Shown here piece after piece: positions 20,603-27,672 of a stretch of 64,000 nucleotides of DNA. The notes below the pieces were generated by a model that ran no database searches, was not told the DNA's origin, and was given only the letters and a program-made list of their open reading frames with translations. This stretch comes from an uncultured Flavobacteriales bacterium (lineage in GTDB: Bacteria > Bacteroidota > Bacteroidia > Flavobacteriales_D > Parvicellaceae). The stretch covers positions 1,342-65,341 of the forward strand of contig CAWUIK010000002.1 in the NCBI GenBank assembly GCA_963922585.1. The letters run 5' to 3'. A program made the position numbers and the translations under genes. The first letter of the stretch is position 1; every line of letters begins with the position of its first letter.

Positions 20603-21388
20603 ATGTCATTTAACGGTAAAGTAGTTTGGATTACAGGAGCCAGTTCAGGAATTGGGGAGGCTTTGGCATTACAGTTATCTGAATTGGGAGCCAAAATAGT
20701 GCTTTCTGCTAGAAATCTAGAAGCGCTTGAAAATGTTTCTAAAAGGTGTAAAAACGAAACATTTATTGTTCCGTTGGATTTGTCTGAAAGTGAAGCCTTG
20801 AATTTCAAGGTAAATGATGTAATTTCACATTTTGGAAAAATAGATATTCTTATTAATAACGGAGGAATTTCACAAAGGGGAACAGCATCAGAAACCCCTA
20901 TCGAAGTTGATAGGAAAATCATGGAAGTTAATTATTTTGGCAACATTGCCCTTACTAAAGCAGTACTCCCCTACTTTCATAAACAACAAGAAGGGAAAAT
21001 TGTAATCATAAGTAGTCTTTCTGGTAAATTTGGTTTTTTTCTTCGCAGCGCTTATGCTGCTAGTAAATTTGCATTAGTAGGATTTTATGAAAGTTTGAGA
21101 TTAGAAGAAGAAAAAAACAATATTTCAGTACATCTTGTTTTTCCGGGTTTAATTAAGACAAATATTTCTCAAAACGCTATTAATAGCGAAGGTAACGCAC
21201 ATGGAAAACTAGATGAAAAACAAAATAAAGGAATTTCTCCAGAACTTTGTGCTGAAAAACTTATAAAAGGCATAAAGAATAACAAAAATGATATTTATAT
21301 TGGTGGCAAAGAAATGTTGGCATTAAAGATTCAACGATTTTTTCCTAATTGGTTTCATAAAATTATAAAAAAACAAGATGCTACCTAA
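20603..21388 (+). CDS. SDR family oxidoreductase
   Basis: TGASSGIGEA (TGxxxGxG), NNGG, and YAASK (YxxxK). Confidence 0.85.
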   Translation: MSFNGKVVWITGASSGIGEALALQLSELGAKIVLSARNLEALENVSKRCKNETFIVPLDLSESEALNFKVNDVISHFGKIDILINNGGISQRGTASETPIEVDRKIMEVNYFGNIALTKAVLPYFHKQQEGKIVIISSLSGKFGFFLRSAYAASKFALVGFYESLRLEEEKNNISVHLVFPGLIKTNISQNAINSEGNAHGKLDEKQNKGISPELCAEKLIKGIKNNKNDIYIGGKEMLALKIQRFFPNWFHKIIKKQDAT

Positions 21389-21806
21389 ATTCAAATACAT
21401 AGTTGTAAGTTTAATAATTTTATTTTCATGCACGGCCACTTCAAAAACAAAAAAAGAATTAAAAGAAAATAAAGTATTTCAACAGGAAAACATTGATGAT
21501 GACATTAAAATTAATGAATATACAGGTCAAATAGTTTCCGAAAACTTCACCAATAAAGGAGGAAAAGCATATTCAAATATACAAGATTTGTATTTTCAAA
21601 TCAAGAATGGTGAAAGATATTTTATAAAATTTGAGAATTCAGTTCTAAGTTTTAAAGAAGCTACTTCATTAATTGGAAAAGACCTAAAAATAAAAGCGAA
21701 AATTATCGAAGGACTTTGGGATGTTCCTGACGATAAACCTCAATATGCACAGAGCAGAATGGGTTTCTATATTATAATTGAAAGTTATGAGATAATAAAT
21801 GAATAA
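21378..21806 (+). CDS. lipoprotein, unknown function
   Basis: 142 aa with signal SLIILFSC|T. Its start overlaps the SDR stop by 11 nt. Confidence 0.45.
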   Translation: MLPKFKYIVVSLIILFSCTATSKTKKELKENKVFQQENIDDDIKINEYTGQIVSENFTNKGGKAYSNIQDLYFQIKNGERYFIKFENSVLSFKEATSLIGKDLKIKAKIIEGLWDVPDDKPQYAQSRMGFYIIIESYEIINE

Positions 21807-21841
21807 CTTATCACGTTAAATAAAAACTACTTCCAATAATT

Positions 21842-22771
21842 ATGAAACATATTATCTTAATAATCTGCATTTTAGTTTTAGGTAAATTCCTTTCATAAGA
21901 CCCTATATTTTTTAATAATCAACAAAACAGAATCTACCTTAATCCTGCACATACAGGTCTTGTAGAAAGTTTTTCGCTTGGTATTAATTATAGAAATCAA
22001 TGGCCAGAACTTTCTGGAAGTTATAAAACATTGACTACCGAAGTAAACCAATATTTGGGTAAAGGAAACGGAATAAGTTTTACATTCATGCACGATGATG
22101 CAGCGAACACAATAGTTAAAAATGAATATGCCCTTGGCTATGGTCATCTTTTTAATTTTAAAGAAACTCACAACATAAGTATAGGCATTCAAGTTGCCTA
22201 CTTTCAGAAATATATTGACATAAATAAACTAACTTTTGGGAATATGATAGATCCAAGAAGGGGATTTGTTTATCCTATAGACTGTAACAGTCAATTGAGT
22301 GATAGAAAGGCTAATGTAGATTTAAATTTCGGAATTTTGTATTATAATAAAGTTCTGTTTGGAGGGTTTACGGTAAAACATATAAACCAACCGGATCAAT
22401 CTCTCATTTTTATAAATAATGAAAAATCAGGTTTGCCGATTCAGTTTTCAGGTCAATTTGGAGCAAAAATAAAAGTTAAAGATATTCTTCAAATCATTCC
22501 AACTGCTGTATATTACAATCAAAACACTTTCCAAGCATTAAACTTACTAGTAACCACTAAATTTAGAGAAATCCAATTAGATATGGGTTATTCAGATGGA
22601 AACGGAATTATAATTGGCGCAGGTGCTAATTTCCAAAAAGTTTCATTTGGATATTATTATCAAAAGTCTGATAGGCTAAATTTAGGCAGTATAGTATCAA
22701 CACATGAAGTAAGAGTGTTTTTTAAAACACAGGCCTTTAGTAAAGAGAATAGTAATTTCTTTGATTTTTAA
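21842..22771 (+). pseudogene. PorP/SprF-family T9SS membrane protein interrupted by an in-frame TAA at 21896-21898
   Basis: ATG at 21842 gives MKHIILIICILVLGKFLS, then TAA, then in the same frame DPIFFNNQQNRIYLNPAHTG...INYRNQWPEL. This is the conserved PorP/SprF N-terminal pattern, normally ..AQQDPxF...NPAxxG..YRxQW. The tracked ORF (22031..22771, TTG start) is the downstream part only. Confidence 0.65.
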
Positions 22772-22776
22772 TATAA

Positions 22777-24126
22777 TTAAATCACCATACAAGCGGCAAC
22801 AGTTGCATTAGTCGCTTCATCTATCAAAATAAAACTTCCAGTATTTCTGTTACGAGAGTATTTATCTACAAATAAAGGAACAGTAGTTCTAATGGTGATT
22901 CTAGCAATATCGTTCATCTTAATTTCCTTATCATCCTCCATTCTATGAAGTGTATTGATGTTTAACTTATATGTAATGTTTTTGATTACACATCTTGCAT
23001 CTCTAGAAGTATGTTTAATATGGTATTTTCCATTCATCTGCATTGGTGAATTTCCAAGCCAACACATCATGGCTTCAAGATCTTGAGTGCTCTCTGGTTT
23101 ATTGTTGGGTCTTACAATCATATCTCCCCTACTGATGTCAATTTCATCTTCCAGTCTAATGGTTACAGACATTGGAGCAAATGCTTCTTCTAATTCACCA
23201 TCCATTGTATCTATAGCTGCAATTTTGGATGTAAAGCCAGAAGGTAAAGCCAAAACTTCGTCTCCTTTTTTGAAAACACCACCCGCTACCCTACCAGCAA
23301 AACCTCTATAATCTGGAAATTCTGCAGATTGAGGACGAATCACACTTTGAACAGGAAATCTACAATCAATATGATTGTGGTCCGAAGCAATATGTACATT
23401 TTCTAAAGCATGTAAAAGAGTGCTTCCTTGATACCAATCCATATTTTCTGAACGATTCACAACATTATCTCCTAATAATGCGCTCATTGGTATAAACCTC
23501 ACATCTTTTGTTTCTAATTTTGAACTAAAATCCTCTAAAGTCCTTTTAATTTCTTCATATTTTTCTTTAGAGAAATCTACCAAGTCCATCTTGTTTATAC
23601 AGTATACAATATGTGGAATTCCCAACATAGAAGCAATAAAAGAATGTCGGCAAGTTTGTTCCACAATTCCATAACGTGCGTCTACTAAAATAATCGCTAA
23701 ATTAGCGGTAGAAGCCCCTGTTATCATATTCCTTGTATATTGAATATGCCCAGGTGTATCAGCTATTATAAACTTTCTCTTTGGTGTTGCAAAGTATCTG
23801 TATGCCACATCTATCGTGATTCCTTGTTCTCTTTCAGCTCTCAAGCCGTCAGTAAGCAAAGCCAAGTTGACGCGCTCATCTCCTTTTTTCTCACTTGCTA
23901 ATTCAATAGCTTCCATTTGATCTTCAAAGATTGATTTGGAGTCATATAAAAGCCTTCCAATAAGAGTGCTTTTACCATCATCGACACTTCCAGCGGTTGT
24001 GAACCTAAGTAAGTCCATATCTAAATAACTATTATGTTCGATGGTTGATGGTTGATGGTTGATGGTTGATGTCAGATGGTTGACGGTTGATGTTTTATGT
24101 GGGATGTTGTTATTTTCGTTTTTCAT
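22777..24126 (-). CDS. cysN: sulfate adenylyltransferase subunit 1 (GTPase) CysN
   Basis: AGSVDDGKSTLIGRLL (G1), DTPGH, and NKMD. ATG at 24126 gives a 36-aa extension translated through a heptamer repeat. ATG at 24018 (MDLLRFTTAGSVDDGKS) is an alternative and possibly the native start. Confidence 0.85.
   Translation of the reverse strand: MKNENNNIPHKTSTVNHLTSTINHQPSTIEHNSYLDMDLLRFTTAGSVDDGKSTLIGRLLYDSKSIFEDQMEAIELASEKKGDERVNLALLTDGLRAEREQGITIDVAYRYFATPKRKFIIADTPGHIQYTRNMITGASTANLAIILVDARYGIVEQTCRHSFIASMLGIPHIVYCINKMDLVDFSKEKYEEIKRTLEDFSSKLETKDVRFIPMSALLGDNVVNRSENMDWYQGSTLLHALENVHIASDHNHIDCRFPVQSVIRPQSAEFPDYRGFAGRVAGGVFKKGDEVLALPSGFTSKIAAIDTMDGELEEAFAPMSVTIRLEDEIDISRGDMIVRPNNKPESTQDLEAMMCWLGNSPMQMNGKYHIKHTSRDARCVIKNITYKLNINTLHRMEDDKEIKMNDIARITIRTTVPLFVDKYSRNRNTGSFILIDEATNATVAACMVI
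24040..24095. repeat. heptanucleotide tandem array (GATGGTT)n, 8 units, 4 consecutive perfect
   Basis: Plus strand: GATGGTT x4, GATGTCA, GATGGTT, GACGGTT, GATGTTT. It lies inside the 5' end of the long cysN ORF. Confidence 0.9.
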
Positions 24127-24130
24127 TGTC

Positions 24131-24487
24131 TTATAATTTTTGTTGAGCAGATTTTTTGATTGCAATGAAAATCTTCCGCAATTCAATCGCTTCTATAATT
24201 TGATTATCTATTTTGTTATTCTTTTTGTATAATTCCTTTATTATTCTTAGCCAATAAACTGACTCTCTGGTTTCTTTTGACACAATAGCTATTTTATGAA
24301 TAAAATCTTTTGTACTTTCTGCAGCCTATGACTCTTCATAATTTACTCCAACTGAAGTCGAACATCTTACCAATTGTTTTAGTGTGACAGCATATATTGG
24401 ATTATAATCTAACTCGTTTAGTAATTTTATAGTATTAACACCAAACATAAAAGTTCTTTCCAATAGGTCTTCTGTCTTTTTATTCAT
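24131..24487 (-). pseudogene. four-helix-bundle protein gene (23S rRNA intervening-sequence protein / Avd-like family) with in-frame TAG
   Basis: MNKKTEDLLERTFMFGVNTIKLLNELDYNPIYAVTLKQLVRCSTSVGVNYEES, then TAG (24326-24328), then AAESTKDFIHKIAIVSKETRESVYWLRIIKEL... The (A)NY.E......K.DFI.K..I...E..E..YWL pattern is characteristic of this family. It is absent from the ORF track because of the stop. Confidence 0.6.
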
Positions 24488-24509
24488 TTCTAAAAGTGTT
24501 ATATTTCAT

Positions 24510-24544
24510 TTCCATCGAACATCTCCCATCACGCATTAAACATC
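24510..24544. repeat. degenerate GATGnnn heptamer array on the minus strand
   Basis: Minus strand reads GATGTTT AATGCGT GATGGGA GATGTTC GATGGAA, beginning at the cysD stop codon. This is the opposite orientation to the array at 24040-24095. Confidence 0.7.
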
Positions 24545-25448
24545 AAAAATACCCCTCTTTCTTTCTATCTTCCATTGCAGCCTCACTTCTTTTATCATCA
24601 GAGCGACCTCCTCTTTCTGTAACTCTAGTAGATGAGACTTCTTCTATAATTTCTTCTAAAGTACTTGCGTTACTTGCTACTGCTCCTGTACATGTTGCAT
24701 CTCCAATTGTCCTAAACCTAACGACCATATCTTTTACTTCTTCAGACTCTTTAGTTTCTACAAAGTCAGTTTTTCCCATTATGATTCCGTCTCTCACAAA
24801 ACATTTTCTTGTATGAGAAAAGTATATAGAAGGTATTTCAATTTTCTCAGCCAAAATATATTGCCAAACGTCCATTTCTGTCCAGTTGGAAATTGGGAAA
24901 ACTCTAAAATGTTCTCCCATTTGTTTTTTACCATTAAAGATATTCCATAGTTCAGGTCTTTGGTTTTTTGGATCCCATTGTCCAAATTCATCTCTGTGAG
25001 AAAAGAATCGCTCTTTTGCCCTAGCTTTTTCTTCATCTCTTCTTGCACCACCCATAGCACAATCAAATTTATTATCTTCGATAGCATCTAAAAGTGTAGT
25101 TGTTTGTAATTTATTTCTACTAGCATTAAATCCTCTTTCTTCCACTACCCTACCCTGTTTAATAGAATCTTCAACTGATGCAATAATCAATTTTACACCT
25201 GATTTTGCAATGGCTTCATCTCTAAAGTTTATCGTTTCCGGGAAATTATGTCCAGTATCAACATGCATTAATGGGAAAGGAACTTTGGCAGGATAAAATG
25301 CTTTTTTAGCAAGATGAAAACAGACTATTGAGTCTTTACCACCAGAAAATAATAAAACAGGGTTTTCAAATTGTGCAGCAACTTCTCTTATGATAAATAT
25401 AGCTTCTGCTTCTAATTCCTTTAAATGTGTTAAGTTATAATTACTCAT
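24543..25448 (-). CDS. cysD: sulfate adenylyltransferase subunit 2 CysD
   Basis: 301 aa with a PAPS-reductase/ATP-sulfurylase small-subunit pattern (LLFSGGKDS, C-terminal KKEGYF). Confidence 0.9.
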   Translation of the reverse strand: MSNYNLTHLKELEAEAIFIIREVAAQFENPVLLFSGGKDSIVCFHLAKKAFYPAKVPFPLMHVDTGHNFPETINFRDEAIAKSGVKLIIASVEDSIKQGRVVEERGFNASRNKLQTTTLLDAIEDNKFDCAMGGARRDEEKARAKERFFSHRDEFGQWDPKNQRPELWNIFNGKKQMGEHFRVFPISNWTEMDVWQYILAEKIEIPSIYFSHTRKCFVRDGIIMGKTDFVETKESEEVKDMVVRFRTIGDATCTGAVASNASTLEEIIEEVSSTRVTERGGRSDDKRSEAAMEDRKKEGYF

Positions 25449-26055
25449 TTTTTAATGTAATTTTTTCTAGTATATACTTTAATAAAATTTCTCCGCTCTC
25501 TTCGATAGTTTGATCAACTGTTTTAATAATGATATTTGCTTTATCTGGCACTTCAAAAGGAGCGTCAATTCCTGTAAAGTTCTTTATTTCACCTTTTCTA
25601 GCTTTTGCATATAGACCCTTTACATCTCTTTTTTCACAAATTTCAATGGGTGTATCAATAAAAACTTCAATAAAATCATCTTCACCTATAATATTTCTCG
25701 ATTGATTTCGAATTTCGTTAGTTGGACTTACAAATGAATTTATAGTAATAATTCCACAATTCAGAAATAATTTTGATACTTCGGCAATTCTTCTGATGTT
25801 TTCGGTTCTGTCTGCTTCGCTAAATCCTAAATTGTTATTAATTCCAGTTCTAACATTATCTCCATCTAAAACTTGCGTTAAAAATCCTTTTTCGTGGAGA
25901 TGTCTTTCTAAATATTTAGCAATAGTTGTTTTACCAGACCCAGAAAGTCCAGACATCCAAATCACCTTACTTTTTTGATTCAAAAGCTTCTCTTTATCTT
26001 GTCTTTGAAGTAATTCGTCAAAAACAGAGTAGATATTATTATTCTCTTCTTTCAT
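25441..26055 (-). CDS. cysC: adenylyl-sulfate kinase CysC
   Basis: WMSGLSGSGKTTIA P-loop, GDNVR, and FVSP motifs. Its stop overlaps the cysD start by 8 nt. Confidence 0.9.
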   Translation of the reverse strand: MKEENNNIYSVFDELLQRQDKEKLLNQKSKVIWMSGLSGSGKTTIAKYLERHLHEKGFLTQVLDGDNVRTGINNNLGFSEADRTENIRRIAEVSKLFLNCGIITINSFVSPTNEIRNQSRNIIGEDDFIEVFIDTPIEICEKRDVKGLYAKARKGEIKNFTGIDAPFEVPDKANIIIKTVDQTIEESGEILLKYILEKITLKNE

Positions 26056-26162
26056 AAGAAGGTGCAAATATATATCAAAATGATTTATAAATCTACAAGA
26101 TTGGTAGAGATTTATTTTTTGACTTGAAAAAACATTTTTAGTTTTATGTTATTGTATATTTA

Positions 26163-26324
26163 TATAAAAGTATAAATAAACATAAACATAAAAAAACATA
26201 TTTATAAAAGTACAAAAGTATAAAAACATTAATATATAAAAATATAATAATATAAAAGTATGATAGTATAATAGTATAATAGTAAAAATGCATGCTTATA
26301 TAAATAATTTAAAATACTTTTATA
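26163..26324. repeat. iteron-like array: TATAAAAGTA x3 direct and x1 inverted, plus an ATAGTATA x3 tandem
   Basis: Direct copies lie at 26163-26172, 26203-26212 and 26251-26260. The inverted copy TACTTTTATA is at 26315-26324. The 8-mer tandem is at 26263-26286. All sit in the very AT-rich spacer upstream of the ParA-like gene. Confidence 0.75.
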
Positions 26325-26391
26325 TATATGTAGAATTCAACATTTATCTGTTTATAGTTTTATTTTATAATATTAAAGCTTATTTATACAT

Positions 26392-27084
26392 TTGTCTAAA
26401 AATATAAATATAGTGGGACAAGTTTTAACAATAGCAAACCAAAAAGGAGGTTGTGGAAAAAGTACTTCTACAACATTTTTTGCAAATGCTCTTCATAGTA
26501 GAGGATATAAAGTTCTTCTTATTGATAGTGATTACCAAAGATCAATATTCAAAATGAGAGAGGCAGAACTGGAGAATGACGAATCTATAGATCGCAAAAG
26601 TTTATATCCTGTGGCATACTATCCTGCCAATCAAGTAGGGGAGGTTATAGAAAAAGAACAAAAAAATTATGACTTTATTTTTTGTGATATTCCAGGAAAT
26701 ATTACAGATAAAAGTGTAATAGGAATCTTATCTATGACTGATTTACTTGTAATTCTCCATGATGCGAACAGTGTAGGTATTGCTTCAACATTAGACTTTA
26801 TCGATAATGTAAAAACAGGGGTGATTGACATAGTAACCAAACTAGGGTTTGATCCACCAAAAGTAGTGAATCTTATAGCAAGATTAAACGAAAGTTTAAG
26901 ACTTCATAAAATGTTTTTAAATGCAAAAGAAAACGTTTCTGAATTTCCTTGGTTTGAACACCATATAAGAGATTTACAATCAACTTTTGGGGACATGAGC
27001 ACCATTTATCCATACAATCATTCAAAGTATAATTACGAATTTGATTTAGTTATTAATGAATTGTTAGATTTTTTAAAACCTTAA
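26392..27084 (+). CDS. ParA/MinD-family ATPase, similar in pattern to TraA of Bacteroides conjugative transposons
   Basis: Deviant Walker A NQKGGCGKST. DSDYQRSIFKMREAELE matches the CDFPQHSL..MRERDL pattern I recall from CTnDOT-type TraA. TTG start. Confidence 0.7.
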   Translation: MSKNINIVGQVLTIANQKGGCGKSTSTTFFANALHSRGYKVLLIDSDYQRSIFKMREAELENDESIDRKSLYPVAYYPANQVGEVIEKEQKNYDFIFCDIPGNITDKSVIGILSMTDLLVILHDANSVGIASTLDFIDNVKTGVIDIVTKLGFDPPKVVNLIARLNESLRLHKMFLNAKENVSEFPWFEHHIRDLQSTFGDMSTIYPYNHSKYNYEFDLVINELLDFLKP

Positions 27085-27087
27085 TTT

Positions 27088-27570
27088 ATGGCTAAGAAAA
27101 TAAATACTGCTCTTTTAAATAATTTGAGTAAAAGAAAAAAACCTACCTCAGATGTTAATAAGGCCATTGCCGAACTACATAATGTAGATGAAAATCACAA
27201 TAGAATTATTGATGAAATGTCTACCGAAGAAGCCATAGCTTTTATTAAATCTCAAAGTCATGAAGGTTCAAAACCTTCAGAAAAAGAACCCAAAAAAGTT
27301 ATAGAAAATCCAAAGAGTAGGGTAGAGAACAAACTTCACAAAATGATATTAGATAGAAAACAAAAAACTGATACACCTTCCACCTTTGCTGTTTCTCTTC
27401 AAATGATACCAGAAGACTATAAATTATTCAATGAATTGAAAAATAAAATGAAACTCGATAAAGGTGTAATGCTTTCTGCTAAATTATTTGTTCATCTTTG
27501 TGTAGATGCTTTTGCGGATAAATATAAAAATGAATTATCTGAATTGGGAGTTGAGAATTATGAACATTAA
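27088..27570 (+). CDS. small partner protein of the ParA-like ATPase (possibly DUF3408/TraB-like)
   Basis: 160 aa, starting 4 nt after the ParA stop. It has a charged, disordered N-terminal half and a C-terminal helical region (IPEDYKLFNELKNKM...LFVHLCVDAFADKYKNEL). That region resembles the DUF3408 C-terminal pattern. Confidence 0.4.
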   Translation: MAKKINTALLNNLSKRKKPTSDVNKAIAELHNVDENHNRIIDEMSTEEAIAFIKSQSHEGSKPSEKEPKKVIENPKSRVENKLHKMILDRKQKTDTPSTFAVSLQMIPEDYKLFNELKNKMKLDKGVMLSAKLFVHLCVDAFADKYKNELSELGVENYEH

Positions 27571-27615
27571 ACAAAGGTTGAAAAGTAATAGAGAAATCTA
27601 TAACGAATTATGAAA

Positions 27616-27650
27616 ACAAAAAAAAGCTACTCCAATAGAGTAGCTTTTCT
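27616..27650. terminator. bidirectional rho-independent terminator
   Basis: AAGCTACTC pairs with GAGTAGCTT (27624-27646), with an A-run before and a T-run after. It lies between the convergent ParA-partner gene and dnaK. Confidence 0.8.
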
Positions 27651-27672
27651 ATTATTAAATATTAATGAATTT

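Noticed and set aside
21896-24328. Stop-codon reassignment (TAA/TAG = Gln) as the explanation for the in-frame stops
   Set aside because: Nearly all long, well-conserved ORFs in the window terminate cleanly at TAA or TAG (for example gdhA and hemC), at the lengths expected under the standard bacterial code.
26068-26391. Possible chromosomal origin (oriC) or CRISPR array in the very AT-rich repeat region
   Set aside because: I found no DnaA-box-like 9-mers (TTATCCACA or its complement) and no dnaA/dnaN nearby. The repeats are only 8-10 nt with irregular short spacing. This is unlike CRISPR repeats of 28-37 nt with unique spacers.
26392-27570. A complete integrated conjugative element or prophage around the ParA-like pair
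   Set aside because: No integrase, relaxase, coupling protein, other tra genes or phage genes occur anywhere in the 64 kb. The flanks are cysC and dnaK.
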